Made by a program: the position numbers and the translations under genes | Notes under the pieces: generated by a model | The model's input: the letters and a program-made list of their open reading frames with translations, nothing else | What the model was told of the DNA's origin: nothing | Database searches by the model: none | Shown: positions 52,717 through 62,434 of the stretch, piece by piece | Layout of the letters: each line of letters opens with the position of its first letter | Position numbering within the stretch: position 1 is the stretch's first letter | From: a virus | IMG/VR virus record: IMGVR_UViG_3300045988_140636 | Reading direction: 5' to 3' (one strand) | DNA: 64,000 bases

Positions 52717-53256
52717 TTATCTAAGTCCAGTGGAACCAAGACCTCCTCTTTGTTTTCCTTCCAGATTCTCTACCTCAACCAATTTTATTCCAGAACTTAA
52801 TAGCCATTTTAACTTCTGCCATGTAGAAGCATGTTGACTAAGTCCGATTTCAAATTGGCAGATTCTATCCCCCTTTTTAATAGAGGTTTCTCTCATTGGA
52901 GAACAAATATAGTTCCATTCATCTTCTTCTCCTTTATAAATATTATCTATGAAACCCATACCATTAGGAATGAACAATCCCATCTTTCTAGGTATGCTGC
53001 TTCTTGACAGTATTTTGGCTGTAAATCCTTTTGGTAATTCCATAGCCACTCCAAGTGGTACATAGTAAGTTTCCATTGTTACATTCCTGTATCCAACTTC
53101 ATTTCCATCTTGATCTGCTCTTTTCTTGAGAGTGCCTGATTGAGGAGCAGGAATGTCCATGTCAATAGCACTTTTCAAATCTATACAGTCTCCAAGTTTA
53201 CTAATTTCGGGCATGCAGCCATCTACTAATACTTTCACTTTTATCTTAAGCTTCAT
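52717..53256 (-). CDS. dut: dUTP diphosphatase (dUTPase)
   Basis: Motifs RSS, GFIDNIYKGE (GxIDxDYRG), RICQ, C-terminal RGGLGSTG. Confidence 0.8.
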   Translation of the reverse strand: MKLKIKVKVLVDGCMPEISKLGDCIDLKSAIDMDIPAPQSGTLKKRADQDGNEVGYRNVTMETYYVPLGVAMELPKGFTAKILSRSSIPRKMGLFIPNGMGFIDNIYKGEEDEWNYICSPMRETSIKKGDRICQFEIGLSQHASTWQKLKWLLSSGIKLVEVENLEGKQRGGLGSTGLR

Positions 53257-53279
53257 ATTTATTCTATTTCTTTTTATTA

Positions 53280-53495
53280 TTAAAACAAATAATTGTAATC
53301 TACTATATGAGGGGGAGTCAAAGCCCTCTTCTTTTTAAACATAATTTTACTTCCTACCATAAAAGAGATACTATCTGCGTTATATCCTATAGCTTTAAGG
53401 TACTCTTCTACATTATCTATTTTATTAGCCACCTCCTCTGGTATTTTTATACAATCCACGGTGGAACTTTGATAATCCAATACTACAGTTTCCAT
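53280..53495 (-). CDS. hypothetical protein (71 aa)
   Basis: ORF upstream-adjacent to RNR. Confidence 0.3.
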   Translation of the reverse strand: METVVLDYQSSTVDCIKIPEEVANKIDNVEEYLKAIGYNADSISFMVGSKIMFKKKRALTPPHIVDYNYLF

Positions 53496-53512
53496 AATTA
53501 AATAGTTATTAG

Positions 53513-56500
53513 TTAATCACATCTTGAATAACCACAATTCATGCAGTGTGTACAACCTCCATCTCTAACTAGGTTTCCACCGCACTCTGGGCACACTTCT
53601 CCTTTAATCTCTGAAGATTTAATATACTTGGCTAATATTCTACACATGGCAGAACTGAAGGAAGTTATATTATCATTTACTTTTTTGGCTGTTTTAGTAA
53701 TAAATTCAATGCTAACTCCATGTCTTAATAGCATTGATGAATATAAAGTAGCGGCTTTCTCCTCTATATTAGTATTAGCCAACTGTAAATCAGATAATTG
53801 AATAAACTTACTATCAAAGCTGTAGTGCATTTTACCTTTCTTGATAATCTTTCCTTTATGGGGAGGAATATCAATAGGTCTTAGAGGTCTGAATGCAAAA
53901 ATTTCATAAGGTTTCCCTTCTAACAATCCTACAAGAACGATAAATTGTTCCCCTTTCACTTTGACTTGATGATAGTCAGCTTCAAGCTCTTTAGGTCTCT
54001 TAGGAGCTTGTCTATTACTTATAGTACTAGGCTTTTCTATCTTATTCAAGACTCCTTCCCTACAACCATCTCTATATATAGTCTGTCCTTTATTTCCTGT
54101 TCTCCATGCTTCTATATAAATATCAGCAATCTCCTCTTCAGTAATCTCTTTTGGAAGATTTATTGTAGAACTAATACTATGAGTGATATATTTCTGTACA
54201 ATACCTTGCAACTTGATTCTTTGCTTCCAATCTATCTCTGGTGCTGTAGATCCATAATAAGGACTCTTCTTAAAAGCCTCTTTAAGATATTCCATATCCT
54301 GTAACTTCTCCAAATATTCAGGATCATTGAAGTTCCCTTTGAATGTAGAATAGCATAACCATTTGGCTAAATTAGGATGAACCACTGTGAATAAAGTGTA
54401 TTTTTCTCCTTTTACATCAGTATAATCTACTTTATCATTAGGAGACATACATTTTCTCTTTCTTCTATAGAATGGTAAAAAGACAGGCTCTATTCCAGAG
54501 GAACATTGAGCCATAATACTCACAGTGCCTGTGGGTGCAACAGTCGACCAACTTATATTTCTTCGGCCTAAGCATTTCATTTTAATAGCCTCTGTGTGGA
54601 AATTATCACTAAGGAATTCATACCATTTGTTCTTGCCACGATGGGGTATAACAGTATATTCCTTATGTGAATCCCAAGCTGGAAATGCTCCTCTCTCAAT
54701 AGTCATATCTATTTGAGAGTCCAATTGACCCTTAAATATAATCCTCATCAGATCTTCAATTTTTTGAATACCTTCATCAGAATCATATTTCAGCCCTAAC
54801 ATAGCTATGGCATCTGCCAATCCAGTAAAACCAAGACCAGCTCTTCTACCTCTTCTTGTAGTCTCTCTTATTCTACTCCATAGATTAAATTCTACAAAGT
54901 CAGATTCACCGTTAGCTATATTTATAATTCTGTCTATGGCTTCCAATTCAAGATCTACAAGATCATCTGCTAATCTCATAGCTTCGTAGGAATGCTTGTA
55001 GAGTAAGTCTTTATCAATATAAGATTCTTCCGTAAATGGATCTTTTATATAGCTTGTCAGATTAATATGTATCAATCGGCAACTATCAAAGGGACCCATT
55101 GGTATTTCTCCACAGTTATGAGCAACCATATTATTAGCAATTAAACAATGTGTTCCAGGTACTTGTATATCATATACATCTACTTGTTCACCTTCTTCAA
55201 TGCTAACTATACAATTATCCCACTGATTTCTACACTTAGTAGCTAAGTAATCAGGTAATGGCTCTGTATTTTTCCAAGCTGGGGTTTTTTCACTTGGGAC
55301 AAACCTCCCATCTTCTCCTCTGACCTGGTGATTTTGTGGATTCTGTTCTAATGCTGTAAGTCTAGCATGTTTAGAGTGATCAATAGATTGAAGGTTATTA
55401 ATTACATTATTAAATGGATTTGCATCTAAGTGATGAATATCCTTATCAATCTGCTGACCATATACTCCCTCATAAACAAGTCTATGCTCCATTACATAGT
55501 CCCTATTTCCCTCGGTAGTAAGTTTCACTCCGACATATCTCCTTCCTCTTCTGCTCCTTAGGATATGAGCAATTCTATCTCCTATCTTAAGATTTTGAGC
55601 TTCTATAAATCCCACTCCTTGAACGAACATTTTATGGTTAGGCGTAACCATTATAGAAGATCCATTTCTTAGGACAATCTTTAATGTTTTAGCATTATCT
55701 CTTGTCTTAAAAGCTGCTGTAGAGGGAACTATACAAATATGCCCTTCCTCATTCATGCTATATACATAAGTAGGTTCAGTTATATCAGCAATTCTCTTTC
55801 TGCCTTCTACAGTTTCAATGAGAGTATCAGGATGAAAGCAAGGATTTGTCCCGATCATCTTAAATTCTTCATAAACACCATCAGGAGCATAATCATGCAT
55901 AGCATTTTCAAACATTATTCCAGGTTCAGCTGTATTATATGCACAATGCATTAGAGTATTCCATAACTTTCTTGCTTTAATCTTTTTTAAACAAACTCTT
56001 TTTTCAGCAGGAAGGGCTTCCCCAAAGCAGAGTAATTTATCATATTCCATCTCTTCTAATTGAGAAGGATCATAATTGGCATGTACAGGCCATCTAAGCA
56101 AATAATCTTCATCATTGATTACTGCTCTCATGAACTCATCTGTGACTTTCACACTTATATTGGCTCCAGTTACTTTGGTAAGATCTTGCTTTTTAGTAAT
56201 GAACTCTTCAATGTCAGGGTGATTTATACTAATACTTAACATTAAAGCTCCACGTCTACCATTCTGTGCTACCTCATTGGTGATATCAGAACATACATCC
56301 ATAAAGCTTGCTGCACCAGTAGATGATTTAGCTGCATTATTCACTGCAGCTCCTCTTGGTCTTAGATTAGATAAATCATAACCTACTCCTCCTCTCCTTT
56401 TCATGAGCTGGACTTGCTGGCTTCTGGTATTCATTATACTAGAGTAACTATCTACTGGAGAACCTATTACAAAACAGTTAGATAAAGAGACCAATTTTCC

Positions 56501-56797
56501 TGTACCTAATCCGGACATAACAGAACCTCCAGGGATTATATATTTAAAGTTCTTGAACAGTTCATATATATCCTCCTCTTTTAGCTCTTTCCTTTCATTC
56601 CCATAAGGGGATAATACTAACCTGCCTTTTTGACTCATAGGAGTATTATTCGCATATTCTCTCTCTATTCTACCAAATTCCTTAGCGAGTCTCCTATGCA
56701 TATCATCAGGAGTAGTTTCTCCTTCCATAGCGTACTTGTTTTTCCATGTGGAAGCCGCTAATTCATCTCCATTAAAATAATTCAATAAATCATTCAT
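53513..56797 (-). CDS. nrdJ: ribonucleotide reductase, class II (adenosylcobalamin-dependent, NrdJ-like) with C-terminal zinc ribbon, interrupted by an intein
   Basis: Catalytic NPCGEI region (split by intein), CPECGG...CTHCMNCG zinc ribbon at C-terminus, overall RNR alpha architecture. Confidence 0.7.
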   Translation of the reverse strand: MNDLLNYFNGDELAASTWKNKYAMEGETTPDDMHRRLAKEFGRIEREYANNTPMSQKGRLVLSPYGNERKELKEEDIYELFKNFKYIIPGGSVMSGLGTGKLVSLSNCFVIGSPVDSYSSIMNTRSQQVQLMKRRGGVGYDLSNLRPRGAAVNNAAKSSTGAASFMDVCSDITNEVAQNGRRGALMLSISINHPDIEEFITKKQDLTKVTGANISVKVTDEFMRAVINDEDYLLRWPVHANYDPSQLEEMEYDKLLCFGEALPAEKRVCLKKIKARKLWNTLMHCAYNTAEPGIMFENAMHDYAPDGVYEEFKMIGTNPCFHPDTLIETVEGRKRIADITEPTYVYSMNEEGHICIVPSTAAFKTRDNAKTLKIVLRNGSSIMVTPNHKMFVQGVGFIEAQNLKIGDRIAHILRSRRGRRYVGVKLTTEGNRDYVMEHRLVYEGVYGQQIDKDIHHLDANPFNNVINNLQSIDHSKHARLTALEQNPQNHQVRGEDGRFVPSEKTPAWKNTEPLPDYLATKCRNQWDNCIVSIEEGEQVDVYDIQVPGTHCLIANNMVAHNCGEIPMGPFDSCRLIHINLTSYIKDPFTEESYIDKDLLYKHSYEAMRLADDLVDLELEAIDRIINIANGESDFVEFNLWSRIRETTRRGRRAGLGFTGLADAIAMLGLKYDSDEGIQKIEDLMRIIFKGQLDSQIDMTIERGAFPAWDSHKEYTVIPHRGKNKWYEFLSDNFHTEAIKMKCLGRRNISWSTVAPTGTVSIMAQCSSGIEPVFLPFYRRKRKCMSPNDKVDYTDVKGEKYTLFTVVHPNLAKWLCYSTFKGNFNDPEYLEKLQDMEYLKEAFKKSPYYGSTAPEIDWKQRIKLQGIVQKYITHSISSTINLPKEITEEEIADIYIEAWRTGNKGQTIYRDGCREGVLNKIEKPSTISNRQAPKRPKELEADYHQVKVKGEQFIVLVGLLEGKPYEIFAFRPLRPIDIPPHKGKIIKKGKMHYSFDSKFIQLSDLQLANTNIEEKAATLYSSMLLRHGVSIEFITKTAKKVNDNITSFSSAMCRILAKYIKSSEIKGEVCPECGGNLVRDGGCTHCMNCGYSRCD
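55115..55840 (-). mobile_element. intein (242 aa) with HNH endonuclease domain, inserted between NP and CGE of the RNR active site
   Basis: Begins Cys (CFHPDTLIETVEG), ends HN followed by +1 Cys (MVAHN|CGEI); internal HNH motif DIHHLDANPFNNVINNLQSIDHSKHA. Confidence 0.75.
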
Positions 56798-57830
56798 TAT
56801 TTAACCAATTTGTTATTACGTTAATTTCTGAAATATTTGCAGGATATTCCACATTATGAGTGGAATAATAATGAAGTTCTGATACTATCTTACTCCAATG
56901 CCTGCATAAATACTGTTTATTTCTTCCGTAGACATGGTCTTCGAACTTACTGGTATCATCATAGATCCATACAAGAGGCTTCTTATTATATCTATTGATT
57001 ACTATAAATCTGTAATCCAATAGTTTATAATTTCTATAGAACTCATCTTTGTCCAAGGTCTGTCTTATAAGATACCAATAAAGCTGAGCTTGAATCCAGT
57101 AATTCCAGTCTATAAAAGACTTATAGAATTCCCATTCACTCTTCCCAGATGTTTTTAAATCACAAGGAATGATATATTTCTCCTTATGATTAACTATGAG
57201 TAGGTCAGCCATACATCTTAGCGGAATTTTATTCCATTCCCCTTTGAACTTCAATTGATAAAATCTTTCTACCTCAGGATTGAAAGGATTATTACATTCA
57301 AAGTACCACTTAGTCATTCTATGCGTCTTTAATACTTCCACACATTCACATGCACTAATATAATCTTTGGTAGATACCAGTGTTTTACCTTTAGATAAAA
57401 ATAATAGAGAGTAATAATCTCTACACTCTTCCTTTATCTTTCTTATTCTATAGGAAGCATACTTAGGATTAGAATAATATCCACAAGATTCTCCTATGTC
57501 TGATATAATATTGTCTGGTATTTGCTCTATGCCTTTGCAGGATTCATGATATGTATTAAATAACATTTTAGCTATCTGGGCTAGGGAGTCACTAATATCG
57601 GGAAGTTCAGCTACTTCATATCTTTTATCGAATTCCTTTTGACCATCTGTAAGAAGAGTATCTACCATACTTCCAAATAACAAAGAAGGAGTCTCTATTT
57701 TATCATATAGATTGCCTAAACCATTAAATCCTTCTCTATTAAATCTGGCTATAACAGAATAAGAATAAGCTGGGTCAGATCTATACTCCTCTTCATTCAC
57801 TTTCCAAGAAATATCATACAAAGATTTCAT
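56790..57830 (-). CDS. PD-(D/E)XK nuclease, RecB/Cas4-like exonuclease candidate
   Basis: RCMADLLIV...IIPCDLKTSGK...QAQLYWYL matches D...D/ExK...QxxxY motifs of RecB-family nucleases. Confidence 0.5.
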   Translation of the reverse strand: MKSLYDISWKVNEEEYRSDPAYSYSVIARFNREGFNGLGNLYDKIETPSLLFGSMVDTLLTDGQKEFDKRYEVAELPDISDSLAQIAKMLFNTYHESCKGIEQIPDNIISDIGESCGYYSNPKYASYRIRKIKEECRDYYSLLFLSKGKTLVSTKDYISACECVEVLKTHRMTKWYFECNNPFNPEVERFYQLKFKGEWNKIPLRCMADLLIVNHKEKYIIPCDLKTSGKSEWEFYKSFIDWNYWIQAQLYWYLIRQTLDKDEFYRNYKLLDYRFIVINRYNKKPLVWIYDDTSKFEDHVYGRNKQYLCRHWSKIVSELHYYSTHNVEYPANISEINVITNWLNNE

Positions 57831-57833
57831 ACC

Positions 57834-58106
57834 TTAATACTCTAAATCACTAGGAAAATCAAGTTGCATTAAGTACACATCTACCTCAGACTTTAACACA
57901 TTAAGGCTGTCTAGATCAATCTTTAAATATTCTGGCCTAGGATTTTCTTTCCTTCTGTCCATTCGTATCTTATTTATTGCAGAATCTACTAGCTCCTTCA
58001 ACGAGTAAAAGTCTCTATTATCTAGGAATTTATAGCCTAAATGAATATCCTTTTCAGGAAGTAAACCAATTAATTTCCTAATTCTATCTACAGGTGTGCT
58101 GCTCAT
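57834..58106 (-). CDS. hypothetical protein (90 aa)
   Basis: ORF. Confidence 0.3.
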   Translation of the reverse strand: MSSTPVDRIRKLIGLLPEKDIHLGYKFLDNRDFYSLKELVDSAINKIRMDRRKENPRPEYLKIDLDSLNVLKSEVDVYLMQLDFPSDLEY

Positions 58107-58596
58107 AATTTTTTATAATTTCTATTGCTTGAAGAAGTTGTTTTTTTGTATACACCTCAAAATATATAGATCTTTCACCGCTCTTTGTGTAGAGCTGGTC
58201 CAAGTAATACAAAAACATTTTCTTCTTGATATAAAATACATCATTTTCTATCCCCTTAGCCTCAATATACACATTGAGATTGTTATATTTAAAGTAAAAG
58301 TCTGGAGTATATCTGATTCCTACTATCTTTCCAGTCTTCTGTATTAATATCCTTGAAGGACAATTGTTTATTCCTTCTTCAAGTCTCTTGGCTCTTTGCC
58401 TATCTGTCTCCATATCATAATATGGAGTCATTGGTTGAAATCCATCCCACAAGGTAAAGGTCTTAGGTTCATATTGAGGATCAAATCCATGTTGTAAAAG
58501 GATATTATAAAATCTCTTCTCTATAACACTCTTAAAGGTAATGCTACTATCCTTGCAGACAGTAGCATTCCTTATCTTTTTATTTGCAGTTTTCAT
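58084..58596 (-). CDS. hypothetical protein with possible PD-(D/E)XK endonuclease-like motif (TPDF...YIEAKG)
   Basis: PD...E-x-K spacing; weak. Confidence 0.3.
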   Translation of the reverse strand: MKTANKKIRNATVCKDSSITFKSVIEKRFYNILLQHGFDPQYEPKTFTLWDGFQPMTPYYDMETDRQRAKRLEEGINNCPSRILIQKTGKIVGIRYTPDFYFKYNNLNVYIEAKGIENDVFYIKKKMFLYYLDQLYTKSGERSIYFEVYTKKQLLQAIEIIKNYEQHTCR

Positions 58597-59171
58597 TTAA
58601 AGTCAAAACATTCTTGCGTTAGCAAATTTTGAAACTCTTCCAATAATCCAAGAGCAATTTGGGCTTCTCTGGCAGATCTGAAAGCAGCGAAGTTTTTGTA
58701 ATCCTTGATACATTCTTTTTTCAGGTTATAAACTTTCATACTAATTATATCTGCCATGTATATGTTAGGGCTATTACTAATATGATCTTCATAATTGGCA
58801 TCTAGATCGATAGCTATTTCCCTTAAGAACATAGTATATAGTGAAGCTGGACAAATATTAAGTAAGGTAAAAAGGAATTCTATAGAATTCTCTTCATTTA
58901 GACTGGATTTTTGGCATATTTTCCTAAGATAATACTCTACATCTTTTTCAGATTTAAGGGGTCCTTCTTCTAGATCTTCTCTCTCTACTATTAAACCTTT
59001 TTTAATTAGTTTACTTATGCTATTAGGAAGTACAATAAATTCTTGAATTACAGAAAAGTAATCTCCCCTACGTACTCTTCTTATAACGTCACCCATTTTT
59101 ACTTCTTCACCTGCTTTAGTGTAATACCTTTTCTTATTCATATTTTTCTGTTTAATGTCAATATTCTTCAT
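58593..59171 (-). CDS. hypothetical protein (192 aa)
   Basis: ORF. Confidence 0.3.
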   Translation of the reverse strand: MKNIDIKQKNMNKKRYYTKAGEEVKMGDVIRRVRRGDYFSVIQEFIVLPNSISKLIKKGLIVEREDLEEGPLKSEKDVEYYLRKICQKSSLNEENSIEFLFTLLNICPASLYTMFLREIAIDLDANYEDHISNSPNIYMADIISMKVYNLKKECIKDYKNFAAFRSAREAQIALGLLEEFQNLLTQECFDFK

Positions 59172-59649
59172 ACCATTTTATGGAATACCCATAAATATCT
59201 CTTAATTTTTTATCTATTTCATCAAATAGATAATGAGGCATCTTTGTCCCACTCCTTGCAAAATATGCAGGGTGTTCAATCTTCAAAACATGATTGAAAT
59301 TCTTATTGATATACGGATCAAATGTTCCAGCTTGTTTACCGAATAATACATATACAATAGAACACAAATTTTCCGAAAGATTCTTTAATAATTTAGATAT
59401 GAATGGTCTCCATAACATAACATGGGAGCCTATTTTATTCATCTCCACAGTAAGAGCAGAGTTAATCATTAATATACCCTGCTTAGCCCAGTTCTCTAAA
59501 GTTTGGTCAAAGATAATGCTATCATGTGGAATTTCCAAATTTATCACTGCTTCTTTTAATATTTTTAGAGAAGGCGACAAATCTTCTTCTGAAACTTCTT
59601 TTCTATTTCCAAACAGTACTCCAGTAGCTACTCCCTTTTGTGGATAAGG
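59158..59649 (-). CDS. ung: uracil-DNA glycosylase, exon 2 (starts PYPQKGVATGV..., contains HVLKIEHPAYFARSG C-terminal motif); ORF-track start 59652 is a TTG at intron 3' end
   Basis: Aligns with UDG from PYHGP... through HPSPLS motif; intron ends ggtaacaaattg| at 59650. Confidence 0.75.
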   Translation of the reverse strand, partial: PYPQKGVATGVLFGNRKEVSEEDLSPSLKILKEAVINLEIPHDSIIFDQTLENWAKQGILMINSALTVEMNKIGSHVMLWRPFISKLLKNLSENLCSIVYVLFGKQAGTFDPYINKNFNHVLKIEHPAYFARSGTKMPHYLFDEIDKKLRDIYGYSIKWYEEY

Positions 59650-60579
59650 CAATTTGTTACCCCAAAGGCTCTTTATCCTTTGGTTCTATATATTACTATA
59701 TAGTTCGGACTATATCTTCATTGTTTCCAATGCAGGGCACTCGTGTCAGGTTTATTATTTGAGCTATTCACCTGTTAGTCTCTGAACCTTCTACATACTT
59801 TTATGCTCTTCTGTAGCTTGGCTGCTGATTGACTCATTAAGTTGTTCCAGCAATTCACCCTGTTTATCCAGAACCCTTCTTTTACTATAAGTAATTAGTT
59901 TATATTGCATGGATGGAATAATATAATCTTTAATTAGTTCTACAAACTTAGGAAAATCCTTAGCTTGTAGATACATACTATTATCATGTTTGCCTACAGT
60001 AAAATGTAAGTCAAATTTATTTAATAATATGTTAGCTAACAAAAGCTGTTCTTCAAGAGTAAATGAACAAGTAGATAAGGTACATGAATTTTTAGTTACA
60101 TAACCATCATCCATATACCATATAGCCAAACCTAAAGCATCTATATCTTTTACAAATTCTTCAAAGATTCTTTTATGTCCATTAGAGTCATAATATTTTA
60201 ATCTTATATTTGTAAAAATAGGATGTAATCTAGATTTAAATCTATATCCAACTAATTCATGTAAATATCTTTTATTATTTACATGATATTCAACTATAGG
60301 AGATACTAAGTTATATTTATTTAGTATCTCCCATTTATACTCAAGATATTCTTTTTGTTTTTCAGAGTGCGCTATACTAAGACACATATTTTTAGCTGTT
60401 TTTCCTACTGAACAAAAACATCCATCACCTAACAAACTTCCTATAAGAAGTTGTCTTAGATCATTTTCTACTTTAATTTCCTTGTAATTCTTCATACCAT
60501 TAAGAATTTGGCACAAAGATAAGGTATTTGACCTAATATTGCAATATTCTAGTTAAATTATTTATAGATTATTACCAAA
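59650..60579 (-). ncRNA. group I intron with LAGLIDADG homing endonuclease, splitting the UDG GQD|PY motif
   Basis: Minus-strand P gggtgaattgctggaac (59849-59833), Q caatcagcagcc (59830-59819), R ggttcagagactaac (~59798-59784), S gaagatatagtccgaact (59721-59704), P9 hairpins; 5' splice after caggat|. Confidence 0.7.
59791..60516 (-). CDS. LAGLIDADG homing endonuclease (double-motif), intron-encoded; C-terminus overlaps intron P/Q elements
   Basis: LLIGSLLGDGCF and LAIWYMDDGYV motifs. Confidence 0.75.
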   Translation of the reverse strand: MCQILNGMKNYKEIKVENDLRQLLIGSLLGDGCFCSVGKTAKNMCLSIAHSEKQKEYLEYKWEILNKYNLVSPIVEYHVNNKRYLHELVGYRFKSRLHPIFTNIRLKYYDSNGHKRIFEEFVKDIDALGLAIWYMDDGYVTKNSCTLSTCSFTLEEQLLLANILLNKFDLHFTVGKHDNSMYLQAKDFPKFVELIKDYIIPSMQYKLITYSKRRVLDKQGELLEQLNESISSQATEEHKSM

Positions 60580-60765
60580 ATCCTGCCCTAGAAACACTAC
60601 CTTCAAATCCTCGAATGGACATAACTTAAAAGCCCTAAACACATCAGTTTGCTTAGGGCATACAGGCTTTATCATATACTCCTTAGATAACATATTCATT
60701 ACATGATTAAGCTCTACTTTATCAATGACCTTCATCCAACCTCCAAAATATTCTTCTGTCGTCAT
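60580..60765 (-). CDS. ung: uracil-DNA glycosylase, exon 1 (MTTEEYFGGW...KVVFLGQD)
   Basis: UDG N-terminal region ending in water-activating GQD motif; stop of ORF lies 6 codons inside intron. Confidence 0.75.
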
Positions 60766-61472
60766 TCAAGTGCTAGTAAATCGTCTATATTATTTTCTAA
60801 AAAATTATTTAGAGATTCATTTATATCTTCGCCTTGAGGTGGAGGAATAGTCTTTATGAACTCTTCAGCATTATCTATTTTAACTTCCACTTGGTTTAGG
60901 TATCTATAATCTACCAATTCCGAAAGGAATGCAGGAATAACCCTTTTAATTATATGTTTCTCTAATATACCTGGTCTATCTAATAAGAATAGCGTCGGAG
61001 ACACATGTACTACTATCTTTCTAGTAGGAGTTAACCTGTGATCCTTCAATACGCAACAGGAGTTAACCATTAGTAACATATTCATGCATCTATCTAATAT
61101 TATTCCTCTACATCCATAGTACACCTGATCTTTACAAGACACTTTACTCAAGGAGAATGAATCAAATAAGGCTCTAATTAATGAGTTACTTCCTAATGCA
61201 GTATTCTCTTTTGAGTTTAAGAACACAGGAGTAACTATTCTACATTTTCTTGACAACAGCTCATCGAACTCACTCCCAGATAGTTTAGAGAATTGGCTCC
61301 TCAGTATAGTGGGAATCTCTATATTCATATCCTCTCTTAGAGTAGCTTCAACAAGAATTCTATACGGGTTTGTATTGTTACTTCCATATAGTGAAGGGAC
61401 AGATACTGAGGGTCTACTAATTGATATTGCTTTGTATAAGTCCTCTATATATTTTTCTGAAAAAATCATCAT
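60762..61472 (-). CDS. hypothetical protein (236 aa) translationally coupled to E1-like gene; candidate accessory (E2-like?) component, unproven
   Basis: ATGA-type 4-nt overlap with upstream E1-like ORF; several conserved-looking Cys. Confidence 0.3.
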   Translation of the reverse strand: MMIFSEKYIEDLYKAISISRPSVSVPSLYGSNNTNPYRILVEATLREDMNIEIPTILRSQFSKLSGSEFDELLSRKCRIVTPVFLNSKENTALGSNSLIRALFDSFSLSKVSCKDQVYYGCRGIILDRCMNMLLMVNSCCVLKDHRLTPTRKIVVHVSPTLFLLDRPGILEKHIIKRVIPAFLSELVDYRYLNQVEVKIDNAEEFIKTIPPPQGEDINESLNNFLENNIDDLLALE

Positions 61473-62419
61473 GATATAGTTTTAAAATACATAGTTTCTG
61501 CATTATATTCAGTATAGAACGGAAGGTCCCTGTCTATAAGTGGATTACATTTATTTGCTATAAAATTGACAAACAAATTAACTATAACAGATCCAATCAT
61601 ATTAGCCATAAAAGTAGTTTGTTTATAACTGCATACAGTAGGATCGGCCTCAAAGTCTGAGAACAAATAAGGCTCATATCTTCGTATATTATCCATATCG
61701 TCTCCTTTTATACAGAACACTTGAAATTCTTCTGCTGCCAATCTGCCATCTATAAACAGACATTCTTCTCGCCTCTCTTTGGGTAATTCTAACACCCTAT
61801 CAGTCCAATTCTTAAAAGCATCCTTTCTAGCTTTCATATTATCGAACCCACAAATAGTTATTCCAGTTATAGCTGAAGAGGTATCCAGTTTTTTAGTTAG
61901 AGCTGAAACACTATGATAGTCTGAATAATTTTCTATCATATCTGCTATAGCATCTGCCTTATAAAGACCTATTTGAGACTTACTATATAACTGTCCGGAC
62001 AAATTAACTGTTTCTACTTTATCTGGGTCATATAAAGTTAGTGACCTGACATCCATTCTAGATAACATAAATACTACATAGCTTCCTATCCCTCCTAATC
62101 CAGCTACAGTAATATTTTGCTTAAGTATCTTATCAAACCAAAGGGCAGAGTTAAATCTAGATGTCCCTTCTTTTATTAATAAGGTCTTAGAATTTTCAGG
62201 AATTTTATCTATAACCAAATCCTGATCTATTAGTGCAGATATTAACATAGAATGTTCTTCTTCATCAAGATAAAATTTACTACCCTCTACAGTAATTTCA
62301 CTAACAAATTCTCCATCCATAATAACTTGCCTAATACTGGAAATAGCCTTTCCTTTGATTAACTCTATTAAGTCCCCTACAGCTAGTGATTCATTAGGGC
62401 TTTGATCTAATCTTTTCAT
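61469..62419 (-). CDS. E1-like (ThiF/MoeB/UBA-family) adenylyltransferase with ~95 aa N-terminal extra domain
   Basis: Rossmann GxGxxG (VAGLGGIGSYVV), DPDKVETVNLSGQ, crossover-region ICGFDNMKARK (DN..R) motifs. Confidence 0.65.
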   Translation of the reverse strand: MKRLDQSPNESLAVGDLIELIKGKAISSIRQVIMDGEFVSEITVEGSKFYLDEEEHSMLISALIDQDLVIDKIPENSKTLLIKEGTSRFNSALWFDKILKQNITVAGLGGIGSYVVFMLSRMDVRSLTLYDPDKVETVNLSGQLYSKSQIGLYKADAIADMIENYSDYHSVSALTKKLDTSSAITGITICGFDNMKARKDAFKNWTDRVLELPKERREECLFIDGRLAAEEFQVFCIKGDDMDNIRRYEPYLFSDFEADPTVCSYKQTTFMANMIGSVIVNLFVNFIANKCNPLIDRDLPFYTEYNAETMYFKTIS

Positions 62420-62434
62420 ATTATCATTTCTCCT

